Part shown: piece after piece, positions 1 through 10,432 of the stretch
Layout: the number at the start of each line of letters is the position of its first letter
Numbering within the stretch: the first letter of the stretch is position 1
Source of the DNA: Prochlorococcus sp. AG-347-J06
GTDB taxonomy: Bacteria > Cyanobacteriota > Cyanobacteriia > PCC-6307 > Cyanobiaceae
DNA length: 64,000 nucleotides
Reading direction: 5' to 3'
Assembly: GCA_003281525.1 (NCBI GenBank)
Contig: QCBT01000004.1
Location: forward strand, 1,618-65,617
Translations under genes and position numbers: made by a program
The notes under the pieces: model-generated
The model's database searches: none
What the model was told of the DNA's origin: nothing
The model's input: the letters and a program-made list of their open reading frames with translations, nothing else

Positions 1-208
1 CGAGACCAAAGGAGCTTTATTTGAAGGCAGACTTCTTAGCGATTCTGAAATAAAAGAAATTGCAAGTCTTCCATCTAAAGAAGTATTGATGGCAAAAATT
101 GCTGGCGCTCTAAATGGCGTAGCAACAAAAATTGCGATCTCTATCAATGAAGTGCCTTCTGGACTTGCTAGATCACTTAAACAACATTCTGAAAAATCAG
201 AATCTTAA
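1..208 (+). CDS. rplJ: 50S ribosomal protein L10, 3' part (truncated by window start)
   Basis: Frame from nt 2 reads [39 protein letters not shown]...KSES* (TAA 206-208); LPSKE motif; directly upstream of rplL. Confidence 0.95.
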   Translation, partial: ETKGALFEGRLLSDSEIKEIASLPSKEVLMAKIAGALNGVATKIAISINEVPSGLARSLKQHSEKSES

Positions 209-236
209 ATCAAAACCCTAATTAACTTTTAAGAAA

Positions 237-632
237 ATGTCCGCAAAAACTGAAGAAATTCTTGAATCATTAAAATCTTTATCACTTTTAGAAGCATCTG
301 AGCTTGTAAAGCAAATTGAAGAGGCTTTTGGTGTATCTGCTGCAGCTTCTGCAGGTGTAGTAATGGCAGCTCCAGGAGCAGCTGGCGGTGACGCAGATGG
401 CGGCGCTGCTGAAGAAAAAACTGAATTTGATGTTGTTCTCGAAAGCTTTGATGCAGCTGCAAAAATCAAAGTACTTAAGGTTGTAAGAAATGCAACTGGT
501 CTAGGTCTTGGCGATGCAAAAGCACTTGTTGAATCTGCACCAAAAACAGTAAAAGAAGGAATTGCCAAAGCAGATGCTGAATCTTTAAAGAAAGAGATTG
601 AAGAAGCTGGCGGTAAAGTTACACTTAAATAA
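237..632 (+). CDS. rplL: 50S ribosomal protein L7/L12
   Basis: [31 protein letters not shown] motifs; Ala/Gly hinge. Confidence 0.99.
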
Positions 633-646
633 GAGTACATTTTTTC

Positions 647-671
647 AAGCCGATAACCTTAATATCGGCTT
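647..671 (+). other. Intergenic stem-loop between rplL and rnhA
   Basis: AAGCCGATA-ACCTTAA-TATCGGCTT, perfect 9-bp stem; no 3' U-tract on either strand. Confidence 0.65.
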
Positions 672-679
672 CAAAAATT

Positions 680-1408
680 ATGAATAATGATAGTATTGCG
701 ATTGAAGCCGCAACAGATGGAGCCTGCAGTGGTAATCCAGGCCCAGGTGGTTGGGGCGGTCTAATAATTTTTGAAGATAACAGCGAATTAGAAATAGGTG
801 GTTCCGAGCAAAATACTACTAATAATAGAATGGAACTCACTGCGGCTATAAAAACTCTTGAGAAATTAAAAACCTACAAATTAAAAGAGAACTTTAAACT
901 AAGAACTGATAGTAAATATGTCATAGAGGGTTACACAAAATGGATTATTAATTGGAAGAACAATGGATGGAAAACAAGTTCAGGGAAACCAGTTCAAAAT
1001 CTTGATCTATGGCAAAAAATTGATCAATTAAGAATTAATGGCCTGATAATGGAATATGTTAAAGGTCATAGCGGGGATAAACAAAATGATAGGGTTGATA
1101 AAATTGCAACTAATTACAGCAAAGGTATATCTATAGAAAGTAACTTAAAAAAAGAAGAATCCTCAGTTGATTTTTTTGAAAAAAATGCACCTGCAGAAAT
1201 TCAGGAATTATTTTCACGCAATGAATTAATTCAAAAATTTGCAGAAAAACAGTACCTGTTAAGTTCACCTGAACTAGACACCTTATTAGGTGATGAAAAC
1301 CATTTAAAGATAAAACAATATTCACTTTTTGAATGGCGTAATTGGAGATTGATTCCTAAAGATAAAAAATATTGGATAATAGAAAAAAAGAAGCCTAATT
1401 TTTTATGA
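680..1408 (+). CDS. rnhA: Ribonuclease HI with C-terminal extension
   Basis: [38 protein letters not shown] motifs. Confidence 0.96.
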   Translation: MNNDSIAIEAATDGACSGNPGPGGWGGLIIFEDNSELEIGGSEQNTTNNRMELTAAIKTLEKLKTYKLKENFKLRTDSKYVIEGYTKWIINWKNNGWKTSSGKPVQNLDLWQKIDQLRINGLIMEYVKGHSGDKQNDRVDKIATNYSKGISIESNLKKEESSVDFFEKNAPAEIQELFSRNELIQKFAEKQYLLSSPELDTLLGDENHLKIKQYSLFEWRNWRLIPKDKKYWIIEKKKPNFL

Positions 1409-2574
1409 ATGATAAGAAGGGGGGATTTAAAAATCTTTATAAAAACTTGATTACCCCTGTATTAAAAAAAGACTCTGGAATTGATGCAGAATACTTAACA
1501 AATTTATCTCTTAGTCTCCTATCATTCAGTTCAAGAAAATATAATTGGCCTATAGTATCTTCTATCGTAAAAAATCTAAATGAAGAATTTTCTGTAGTTG
1601 ATAAAAGGTTAACTCAGAACATATGTGGAATAAATTTTTGTAATCCAATTGGTTTAGCTGCGGGTTTTGACAAAAATGGAAATGCCGCAAATATATGGAA
1701 AGATTTTGGTTTTGGATTTGCTGAGCTTGGTACAGTAACTAAATTTGCTCAGAATGGAAATCCCAAACCAAGGTTATTTAGATTGGCAGAAGAAGAAGCA
1801 GCATTAAATAGAATGGGTTTCAATAATAATGGTGCTGAAAATCTAGTTAAAAACTTTATCGAACAAGGTATTGAGTTTAAAAAAAACAGGGAGAATATTT
1901 GTTTAGGGATAAATTTCGGGAAGTCAAAAATTACAGTTTTATCTCAAGCAAAAGATGATTATTTAACTTCGCTAAAATTATTAATTCCATATTGTGATTA
2001 CGCAGCAATAAACGTTAGTTCTCCAAATACTGAAGGACTAAGAAAATTACAAGATCCAATTCTTCTAAAAGAACTTCTTAGAGAAATTAAAAACTTACCT
2101 AATTGTCCACCATTATTTGTAAAAATTGCGCCAGATTTAGGCCTTAAAGATATTGAAGATATTTGCCAATTAATAATCGAGGAAAACATCGATGGAATAA
2201 TTGCTACAAACACCAGCATTGATAGATTAGGTCTTGAAAATAGAAAGATCAGGCAAACTGGATTATTACTCTCTCAAGAGAATGGAGGATTAAGTGGGAG
2301 GCCTCTCCAAAAAAAAGCAAATCAAATAATAAAACATATCCATAATATTGATAAAAAGATTATTTTAATTGGGGTTGGTGGAATAGATAGTCCTGAGTCA
2401 GCTTGGGAAAGAATTTGTTCTGGAGCATCATTAATTCAACTTTATACAGGATGGATATATAAGGGTCCACAATTAGTACCAGATATACTTGAGGGAATTA
2501 TAAAGCAACTCAATAAACATCAATTATCTAGTATAAAAGATGCAATTGGATCAGATTTAAAATGGGTTGAATAA
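1405..2574 (+). CDS. pyrD: Dihydroorotate dehydrogenase (quinone, class 2)
   Basis: [31 protein letters not shown] motifs; ATGA overlap with rnhA. Confidence 0.97.
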   Translation: MNDKKGGFKNLYKNLITPVLKKDSGIDAEYLTNLSLSLLSFSSRKYNWPIVSSIVKNLNEEFSVVDKRLTQNICGINFCNPIGLAAGFDKNGNAANIWKDFGFGFAELGTVTKFAQNGNPKPRLFRLAEEEAALNRMGFNNNGAENLVKNFIEQGIEFKKNRENICLGINFGKSKITVLSQAKDDYLTSLKLLIPYCDYAAINVSSPNTEGLRKLQDPILLKELLREIKNLPNCPPLFVKIAPDLGLKDIEDICQLIIEENIDGIIATNTSIDRLGLENRKIRQTGLLLSQENGGLSGRPLQKKANQIIKHIHNIDKKIILIGVGGIDSPESAWERICSGASLIQLYTGWIYKGPQLVPDILEGIIKQLNKHQLSSIKDAIGSDLKWVE

Positions 2575-2583
2575 AATTAGAGA

Positions 2584-3705
2584 ATGAAAAATGAACCTCA
2601 TGATTACTCAACGTTAGCCATGCAAGGATCAAACTTGAAGCACGGTGGAAATGTATATGCAATTGCGAAAAAATTAAATTTATTACCATCCGAAATCATT
2701 GATGCAAGTGCATCATTAGTACCCTTTGATCCCCCTCAAATACTAATAGATTCAATAAATGCGGAAATTAAGAATCTTGGCTTTAGATATTACCCAGAAA
2801 GAAACTTGAGTGATCTGAAAGAAATAATCGGCAAATTTCATGGGATAAATCCAGACAATATATTGCCTGGGAATGGAGCTTCTGAATTAATAACCTGGGC
2901 AGGTTATGAAGCATCCAAATTCGGAATAAGTTGTATTCCTTCTCCATCATTTGTTGATTATGAAAGATCTTTAAATTGTTGGAATAGCAATTTTATACAT
3001 TGCGAATTACCAAAAAACTGGAATGATATTTTTCCTCAATCATTTCCGCTTCATCCAAAAGGTGATGTTATTTGGATAACAAATCCACATAACCCTACCG
3101 GCCAATTATGGGAAAAGAATTCATTGGAGGAAGTTGTGAAAAAATATAAATTAGTTATCTGCGATGAAGCTTTTTTATCCATAACACCTAATGGAGACAA
3201 AGAATCTTTAATACCATTAACCAAAAGATTTGATAATTTATTAGTCTTGAGAAGCTTGACCAAAATCTTCAATATTCCTGGACTTAGATTAGGTTACGTT
3301 ATTGGCTCATCGAAAAAACTTAAACAATGGGAAATAAATAGAGATCCCTGGCCTTTAAATTCATTTTCTATTAAAGCCGGGATTGATCTACTAAGTAATA
3401 AGAAATTCTATGAACAGTGGACAAAACAGATTCACAGCTGGATAAATATTGAAAAAAAGAGAGTATTTGAAAAATTATTAAAAATAGAGAACCTTAAAAT
3501 TCATAACTCTTCAACCAACTTTTTTTTAATAGAAAGTGAAACATCCTTGTCGCCAAATATAAAATACTTAGAAAATAAGGGAATATTGCTTAGAGAATGC
3601 ACTTCATTTAGATTTCTTGACGAAAAGTGGGCAAGAATAAGTCTACAGAATAGAAAAAATAACACTCTTTTATGTGAAGAAATTCAGAATTCCTTTAAAA
3701 AATAA
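2584..3705 (+). CDS. PLP-dependent class I/II enzyme, probable threonine-phosphate decarboxylase (CobC/CobD-like)
   Basis: N-terminal HGGN, NPHNPTG, DEAF, RSLTK..PGLRLGY. Confidence 0.8.
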   Translation: MKNEPHDYSTLAMQGSNLKHGGNVYAIAKKLNLLPSEIIDASASLVPFDPPQILIDSINAEIKNLGFRYYPERNLSDLKEIIGKFHGINPDNILPGNGASELITWAGYEASKFGISCIPSPSFVDYERSLNCWNSNFIHCELPKNWNDIFPQSFPLHPKGDVIWITNPHNPTGQLWEKNSLEEVVKKYKLVICDEAFLSITPNGDKESLIPLTKRFDNLLVLRSLTKIFNIPGLRLGYVIGSSKKLKQWEINRDPWPLNSFSIKAGIDLLSNKKFYEQWTKQIHSWINIEKKRVFEKLLKIENLKIHNSSTNFFLIESETSLSPNIKYLENKGILLRECTSFRFLDEKWARISLQNRKNNTLLCEEIQNSFKK

Positions 3706-4775
3706 TCAATATACTTTTTAATCTCATTTATAGATTTAATTTTATTATTATTTTCCATATTCTTCTTCATGAGATCTAAGATTTCATAATGTTTTTTTTC
3801 CTTTTTTGATTTTATTTTAAAAATTCTTTCTAGAGTTTCTTCAAAAACTTCTTTAGACATATTATTCTGATTGATTAAAACTGAGCCTCCACTTGCAGCA
3901 AGAATCATGGCATTTTTCTCCTGATGATTATTTTTAGAATATGGATATGGAATTAAAATTGAAGGTTTTTCAGCCTCCATTAATTCATTAATTGTTCCTG
4001 CACCAGATCTCGATATTACAAGATCACAGTTTTGAATTAAAGCTGCTACTTCATTAGTAAATTTCTTTTGAATATAATTTTTGGAGTTTTTTACATGAAA
4101 AGGTTTTAGATTAGATTCACCAACAATATGAACTATCCGAAATTGTTTTTTTATTAAAAATTCTAGAGATTCATAAAGAATTTGATTTATAGCTTTTGCT
4201 CCTTGACTACCTCCCATAACAATCAAAAGAGGTCCATTTCCTTTTGGAACCCATTCTGGCAAAAAATTAAATTTATAGAATTGCTCTCTTAAAGGTGTTC
4301 CAGTGAAAATAGTTTTACAATTTTTTAAATAAGAATTTGTTTCTTTAAATCCTAAAAGAACATAGTTACATAAAAAACCAAAATATTTCGTGACCATTCC
4401 AGGAACTACATTTGATTCATGAATAATGATAGGTATCCTTAGAAGTTTTGAAGCAACAATAGTAGGGGCAGATATATAACCTCCAGTCGTAAAAACCAAG
4501 TTAATTTTTTTTTCTTTTAAGATCCTAATTATTTGGAAAGTTGACATTAAAATTTTTATATATTGATAAAACAAAAAAATATTTTTTCTTGGTGTCTTTA
4601 AATTCAGAGTCTTCAAATTATATTTTTGGGGAATCAAATTCGCATCAAGTCTTTGCTGAATACCTAACCACTGAATATTCCACTCATCTTCCACCTCTTT
4701 AGAAACTGCTAAAGCTGGAAAAATATGGCCTCCTGTTCCACTAGCTGCAACTAATAAATTATTTTTTTTAGACAT
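3684..4775 (-). CDS. murG: Lipid II GlcNAc transferase MurG
   Basis: GTGGHIFP, HESN..PG, GGSQGA, SRSGAGT, HQEKNA. Confidence 0.97.
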   Translation of the reverse strand: MSKKNNLLVAASGTGGHIFPALAVSKEVEDEWNIQWLGIQQRLDANLIPQKYNLKTLNLKTPRKNIFLFYQYIKILMSTFQIIRILKEKKINLVFTTGGYISAPTIVASKLLRIPIIIHESNVVPGMVTKYFGFLCNYVLLGFKETNSYLKNCKTIFTGTPLREQFYKFNFLPEWVPKGNGPLLIVMGGSQGAKAINQILYESLEFLIKKQFRIVHIVGESNLKPFHVKNSKNYIQKKFTNEVAALIQNCDLVISRSGAGTINELMEAEKPSILIPYPYSKNNHQEKNAMILAASGGSVLINQNNMSKEVFEETLERIFKIKSKKEKKHYEILDLMKKNMENNNKIKSINEIKKYIDYFLKEF

Positions 4776-4807
4776 AAAAACTTAAATTAGTAGAATGAAA
4801 ATAATAA

Positions 4808-5542
4808 ATGATAAATATGTTGAATTTAAACTTATTCAGAAATATAGGATTCCCTCTCTACTTATTTATTTATCTCATTCTCCCCTATTCAGCAATAACG
4901 CAAACTTTAAAAGTTGATTTTATAAGAAATTTAGAAACCTCATTAAATAAGCGAGACTTAGAGTTTATTAAAAAAAATTTTAGAAATGATGAGAACCAAA
5001 ATATTCCAAAACAATTTTCAAAGATTATTAATGATTTCCCTAACAGCAAATGGAAGATCAAAAGATTAAAATCTAATATTCCAGATGAAGATATTTTGCG
5101 AATAAAAGTTTCTGGGGAAAAAATAGTTAACGGAGAAATATATATACTCGAATCCAAATTTGATTATTTATTTTCAATCGTAAATGGAAAAATAAGTGAA
5201 GGTATTATCAAAAATTTATTCACCACAATAAGAAACGATAATAAAAAAATAGATATTAGTTTTAAAATTCCTGATAGAGTTCTTACTGGTTCAAAATACG
5301 ATATCGATATAATTCTAAATAAGCCTCTTGAAGAAGTGATTATTGCTGGAGCCATAAAACCTCATCAAGTTAATTCATTGTTTGAACAAGAAATATTATT
5401 GGAACCATTGGCTTCTGGAGGGATTTTTAAAATTACAAGAGCCCCTTCAAAACCAGGGATGCAAATTTGGTCAGGAATCATAGCTCATCCTGAGGGAATG
5501 ATTACTTTCACAAAGAGCATTGATATTGTTGATGAGATATAG
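4808..5542 (+). CDS. Conserved hypothetical exported protein (possible NTF2-like N-domain)
   Basis: 244-aa ORF; hydrophobic N-terminus; C-terminal GGIFK..RAP..PG.QIWS motif recalled from cyanobacterial proteins. Confidence 0.6.
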   Translation: MINMLNLNLFRNIGFPLYLFIYLILPYSAITQTLKVDFIRNLETSLNKRDLEFIKKNFRNDENQNIPKQFSKIINDFPNSKWKIKRLKSNIPDEDILRIKVSGEKIVNGEIYILESKFDYLFSIVNGKISEGIIKNLFTTIRNDNKKIDISFKIPDRVLTGSKYDIDIILNKPLEEVIIAGAIKPHQVNSLFEQEILLEPLASGGIFKITRAPSKPGMQIWSGIIAHPEGMITFTKSIDIVDEI

Positions 5543-5543
5543 C

Positions 5544-6752
5544 CTAAGCGTCGTTTAACGCAGCCACACCTGGTAAAGTTTTACCTTCTAAAAGTTCCAA
5601 ACTAGCCCCACCTCCGGTAGATATATGAGACATTTTTTCAGCTAATCCTGCTTTTTCAACTGCTGCAACTGAATCTCCACCACCAATTATTGTACAAACT
5701 TCAGAAAAAGCACTTAAGTCCGCAAGAGTCGTAGCTATTGCATTTGTACCATCTGCAAATTTATCAAATTCAAAAACTCCCATTGGACCATTCCAAATAA
5801 TTGTCTTACATTCTGCAAGAGCATTCTGAAAAACTTTAATGGAATCTGGACCAATATCTAGACCCATCCAATTCCCACTAATTGCATCAATTTGAGATAT
5901 TTTACTATTGGCGTCAGGAGAAAATTCATCAGCCAAAACAACATCAGTGGGTAATAATAACTCTACTCCTTTTGCTTTTGCTTTTGCTTCTAAATCTTTA
6001 GCAAGCTCGAGTTTATCTTCTTCTACAAGGCTCTTTCCGACATCTAAACCTCTAGCTTTATAAAAAGTGAAAATCATACCTCCACCAATCATAATTTTGT
6101 CACACTTATCTAGTAAAGAATCAAGTACTCCTATTTTGCTACTAACCTTTGACCCTCCAACTATTGCTGCCAATGGTCGATTTGGGGAATCTACTGCTCC
6201 TTGTAGGTATTTCAATTCTTTTTCTAAAAGGAATCCAGCTACTGAGGGACTTAAATAATTTGTAACACCCTGAGTTGAAGCATGCGCTCTATGAGCAGCA
6301 CCGAAAGCATCATTTACATACATATCTGCATGTGATGCTAATTTTTCAGCAAACTCCAGGTCGTTCTTTTCCTCTTCGCCAAAAAAACGAACATTCTCAA
6401 GTAAAAGAACATCTCCATTAGATAAGCTATTTGATTGTGCAACTGCTTCATCACCAATACAACTGTTTGTAAGAGCAACATTTTGCCCCAACAATTCACT
6501 TAATCTTGCTGCTACTGGAGTTAATCTCATTTTTTCATTTACCTGACCCTTCGGTCTACCAAAATGAGCAGCTAAAATGACTTTTGCAGAATGATTAATA
6601 AGATATTCAATAGTTGGGATCGCTGCACGAATACGCGTATCGTCGGTTATTTGACCGTCTTCATTTAATGGAACATTAAAATCTACTCTTACAAGAACTT
6701 TTTTTCCTTCTAAATGTGTCTTATCAAGACTGGAAAGAGATAATTTTGACAT
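5544..6752 (-). CDS. pgk: Phosphoglycerate kinase
   Basis: [37 protein letters not shown]. Confidence 0.99.
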   Translation of the reverse strand: MSKLSLSSLDKTHLEGKKVLVRVDFNVPLNEDGQITDDTRIRAAIPTIEYLINHSAKVILAAHFGRPKGQVNEKMRLTPVAARLSELLGQNVALTNSCIGDEAVAQSNSLSNGDVLLLENVRFFGEEEKNDLEFAEKLASHADMYVNDAFGAAHRAHASTQGVTNYLSPSVAGFLLEKELKYLQGAVDSPNRPLAAIVGGSKVSSKIGVLDSLLDKCDKIMIGGGMIFTFYKARGLDVGKSLVEEDKLELAKDLEAKAKAKGVELLLPTDVVLADEFSPDANSKISQIDAISGNWMGLDIGPDSIKVFQNALAECKTIIWNGPMGVFEFDKFADGTNAIATTLADLSAFSEVCTIIGGGDSVAAVEKAGLAEKMSHISTGGGASLELLEGKTLPGVAALNDA

Positions 6753-6785
6753 TAAGCAAGCTATATTTATAATCTCAAGACCCTA

Positions 6786-6828
6786 ACGTTAATTTGGGCT
6801 TATTGGGTTAAAAAGTAGTTACTGTTAC
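6786..6828 (-). promoter_or_regulatory. Putative NtcA-type promoter for pgk
   Basis: Minus strand GTAACAGTAACTAC (6828-6815), 23-nt spacer, TAACGT -10 (6791-6786), 33 nt before the pgk ATG. Confidence 0.5.
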
Positions 6829-6964
6829 CTATGCCTTAATAAATTTTAAGAATTAACGATTATAAAAATTTTTAGTTATTAAATTTATACTAAAATTTAG
6901 AAGTAGATACTTTTGAAAGTTATAAAAACTAAAAGGAATACAAAATTTTATTTGATTTATTGAA

Positions 6965-7837
6965 GTGGACATACCCAAAATCCAATGGTACCCAGGCCAT
7001 ATCGCAAAAGCAGAAAAGAAATTATCTGAAGTTATCAATAAAGTAGATTTAGTTATAGAAGTTAGAGATGCACGAATTCCTTTGTCAACAGGACATCCAC
7101 ACTTAAATAAATGGATAAATAATAAAAAACATATTCTTGTTATTAACAGATCAGATATGATCTCCCCGAATACAATCAATAATTGGAATAAATGGTTTAA
7201 TTCTAAAGATCAATATCCTCTTTGGTGTGATGCTAAAAGAGGAATAGGGATTAAAGAAATTTGTAAGTCAGCTAAAGATTCTAGGTCGTCAATCGACGAT
7301 AGAAGACTCTCTAGAGGAATGCGAATTAGGCCAATTAGAGCCCTTACACTTGGTTTTCCAAACGTAGGAAAGTCGGCATTAATTAATAGAATCGCAAAAA
7401 AAAGAGTTGTAGATAGCGCTAGGAAAGCAGGCGTGACTCGTAATTTAAGATGGATAAAATTAGAAAGTGGTATAGATCTGCTAGATGCTCCTGGTGTTAT
7501 ACCTCCAAATTTAGAAGATCAAAAATCAGCACTTAATCTTGCACTGTGTGACGATATTGGAGAAGCTGCTTATGAAATAGAGAGTGTCGCAATTGGATTT
7601 ATCAAAATTATATCCACTCTCAACAAAGATAAGAATGCGAATATCTCAGTTAAACAAATATCTAATAGATATGGAGTTGATATTACTAAAGGCTTTAAGA
7701 GTCCTTCTGCTTGGATCGACGAAGCAGCTTCAAAACATACCTCAGGCGATAAAAGGAGAATGTCTCATAAGTTATTGGAAGATTATAGAAATCAAATGCT
7801 GGGTAAAATTGCTTTAGAAGTACCACTATGGAATTAA
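6965..7837 (+). CDS. ylqF: Ribosome biogenesis GTPase RbgA/YlqF
   Basis: IQWYPGH, DARIP, GFPNVGKS, DAPG; circularly permuted GTPase; GTG start. Confidence 0.96.
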   Translation: MDIPKIQWYPGHIAKAEKKLSEVINKVDLVIEVRDARIPLSTGHPHLNKWINNKKHILVINRSDMISPNTINNWNKWFNSKDQYPLWCDAKRGIGIKEICKSAKDSRSSIDDRRLSRGMRIRPIRALTLGFPNVGKSALINRIAKKRVVDSARKAGVTRNLRWIKLESGIDLLDAPGVIPPNLEDQKSALNLALCDDIGEAAYEIESVAIGFIKIISTLNKDKNANISVKQISNRYGVDITKGFKSPSAWIDEAASKHTSGDKRRMSHKLLEDYRNQMLGKIALEVPLWN

Positions 7838-8787
7838 ATAATCAAAATTCTTTCGGCATTGGAGAAGGTGAGCTTATAGAAATTATTTATGAGCTACCTC
7901 TTCCTATGAGGCTAGACAGATGGTTGGTAAGTAAAAGGCCAGAACAAAGTAGAGCAAGAATTCAACATTTTATAAATTCAGGTTTAGTACTTGTAAACTA
8001 TAAGACTGCGAAAGCAAAGACCCCATTAAAAAATGGCGACAATATTCAAATATGGATGCCTCCTCCAGAACCTCTTATTTATTTGAAACCTGAAAAAATG
8101 GATTTAAATATCCTTTTTGAAGACGAGCACATCATAGTAATTAATAAACAATCAGGACTAATTGTTCATCCAGCCCCTGGACACAAATCTGGAACTTTAG
8201 TGAATGGATTACTTTTTCACTGTAAAGATCTACCTGGAATTAATGGAAAACTAAGACCTGGGATTGTTCACAGATTAGATAAAGATACCTCCGGATGTAT
8301 GGTTGTTGCAAAAAGCCAAGAGGCATTAGTAAATCTCCAGAAACAAATTAAAGAAAAAATAGCATCACGCGAATATATTGCAGTAATTCATGGAGCACCG
8401 AATTCTGAAGAAGGCCAAATAGTGGGAAACATTGGCAGAGATAAATTAAATAGATTGAAATATAAAGTAGTTGAAGAAACTTCAGGAAGGTATGCCTGTA
8501 CCTATTGGAAATTAGAAGAAAGATTTGGCAATTACTCATTAATGAGTTTCAAACTTGATACGGGGCGAACGCATCAAATAAGAGTACATTGCGCTCACAT
8601 TAATCATCCAATTGTGGGTGATCCGTTATATGGAAGATGTAAAAAACTACCATGTAAATTAGATGGCCAAGCTTTACACGCCATTAAGCTTGGACTTATA
8701 CATCCAATAAATGGTAAAGAAATGATATTTGAATCAGAATTACCATTAGATTTTCAAAAATTACTAAGTGTTCTTAAAATTAAATAA
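7828..8787 (+). CDS. rluD: RluA/RluD-family pseudouridine synthase
   Basis: S4 domain (RLDRW), RPGIVHRLDKDTSG, TGRTHQIRVH. Confidence 0.9.
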   Translation: MELNNQNSFGIGEGELIEIIYELPLPMRLDRWLVSKRPEQSRARIQHFINSGLVLVNYKTAKAKTPLKNGDNIQIWMPPPEPLIYLKPEKMDLNILFEDEHIIVINKQSGLIVHPAPGHKSGTLVNGLLFHCKDLPGINGKLRPGIVHRLDKDTSGCMVVAKSQEALVNLQKQIKEKIASREYIAVIHGAPNSEEGQIVGNIGRDKLNRLKYKVVEETSGRYACTYWKLEERFGNYSLMSFKLDTGRTHQIRVHCAHINHPIVGDPLYGRCKKLPCKLDGQALHAIKLGLIHPINGKEMIFESELPLDFQKLLSVLKIK

Positions 8788-10378
8788 GATTCAAAGAGGA
8801 ATTTAGAAGCGATTTTGTATACGTGTTTTGAGTTTTAGTGAATATTGTGGAACTTTCTCCTTCATCAACTATCTTCCCGTGATTCATAACTAGCAACCTA
8901 TCACAAAATCTTTTAGCAATGCCCAAATCATGAGTAATAAAGATAATCGTTAAATTCATTTTTTCTTGCAAGACTCTAAGTAATTCAAGAATCTCTATTT
9001 TTACTGAAGCATCCAACATATTAACGCTCTCATCACAAATCAAAATTTTTGGTTTCAACAATAGCGCTCTGGCTAATGAAATTCTTTGCAATTGACCACC
9101 AGATAATTGGCTAGGATAAGAATTAAAAAAATCATTATTTAAGGGAAGATTCAAATTTCTAAACATTAATTTTATTTCTTTTTCGATTTTTCTTTTATCT
9201 GAAATTTTTTGAATAAAAAATATATCTTCCAAAATACTTTTAATTGTCATTTTTGGGTTCAAACTTGAAAAAGGATCTTGAAAAATAATTTGCATTTTAT
9301 TGTTCTTTTTAAAAGATTTATTTTTTTTCGATGCATGATTTTTATCATAAATTTTGATTTCACCACCTCTTACTTTAAGAAGTCCAATTAAAGCCCTACA
9401 TAATGTACTTTTACCACTCCCTGAAGAACCAACTATTCCAAGAGTCTCATTTTCATATAACTTGAAACTAACTTCATTTAAAGCCTTGTTCCATTTATTA
9501 ATGAAAATTGAAGAATTTAATTTATACCAATGTCTTAGGTTATTTACCTCTAGAACGACCTGATCTCGAGCATTATTTTTAGTATTTGGTTCTAATACTA
9601 TTTTTGAAGCATTTACTAACTTTTTCCCGATATCTGATTTTGGTGATTGAAAAATATCTAATATATTCCCTTTTTCAACAATCGATCCCTTTTCAATTAT
9701 TGCAACTTTTTTACACCACTTTGCTGCAAGATTAATATCATGACTAATTAAAATTAAAGTTGTATCAAATTCATTACATAGATGAATTATTTCTTGCATA
9801 ATTTCAAAACTTGTTTTGGTATCTAAGCTTGTTGTAGGTTCATCAGCTATTAATAATTTAGGTTTCAAAGCAAGTGCCATTGCTATAGAAACTCTCTGTC
9901 TCATTCCGCCGCTAAATTGATGTGGGAAAGAATCAAGTCTACTTTCTTCAATTCCGACTTTTTGAAAAACTTCTCTTACTAATTTTTTAATAGCTAAAGA
10001 TGATTTAGTTTGATCATGTGTTTTAAATAATTCATATAAATGATCCCTAACTCTCATTAGAGGATTAAGTTTTTTTATAGAGTCTTGATAAATAAATCCA
10101 AAATTCTTTCTTCTAAATAATTGTGCATCTTTGTTGTTTATTTTCCTAGGATCTACTTTAGAAATAGATAGATACCCTTTAGAAGTGGCCTTTGCAGGCA
10201 ATATATTTACTAATGTTTTTGCAAAAGTGGTCTTTCCACATCCAGAAGGTCCTATTATGGCCAAATGATCTCCACTATCTATTTCCAAATTAAAATTTTT
10301 GATAATAGGTTGCTGTTTTAGACCATATTTAACAGTAAGATTTTTAACTACAATAATTTTTTCTTTATTTTTTTCCAT
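8780..10378 (-). CDS. Peptide/nickel-type ABC transporter ATP-binding protein, two fused NBDs
   Basis: Walker A GPSGCGKT and GSSGSGKS; FSGGMRQR and LSGGQLQR signatures. Confidence 0.92.
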   Translation of the reverse strand: MEKNKEKIIVVKNLTVKYGLKQQPIIKNFNLEIDSGDHLAIIGPSGCGKTTFAKTLVNILPAKATSKGYLSISKVDPRKINNKDAQLFRRKNFGFIYQDSIKKLNPLMRVRDHLYELFKTHDQTKSSLAIKKLVREVFQKVGIEESRLDSFPHQFSGGMRQRVSIAMALALKPKLLIADEPTTSLDTKTSFEIMQEIIHLCNEFDTTLILISHDINLAAKWCKKVAIIEKGSIVEKGNILDIFQSPKSDIGKKLVNASKIVLEPNTKNNARDQVVLEVNNLRHWYKLNSSIFINKWNKALNEVSFKLYENETLGIVGSSGSGKSTLCRALIGLLKVRGGEIKIYDKNHASKKNKSFKKNNKMQIIFQDPFSSLNPKMTIKSILEDIFFIQKISDKRKIEKEIKLMFRNLNLPLNNDFFNSYPSQLSGGQLQRISLARALLLKPKILICDESVNMLDASVKIEILELLRVLQEKMNLTIIFITHDLGIAKRFCDRLLVMNHGKIVDEGESSTIFTKTQNTYTKSLLNSSLNLI

Positions 10379-10432
10379 GATTTATAGCAAATTTTTCTAG
10401 ACATAAATAAAATACATCTAAAGCAATATAAA

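Noticed and set aside
218-640. 140-aa antisense ORF over rplL
   Set aside because: Shadow of a highly expressed gene with biased codons; no recognisable motifs
6853-7179. 108-aa minus-strand ORF between pgk and ylqF
   Set aside because: Mostly antisense to ylqF, with an AT-rich low-complexity tail
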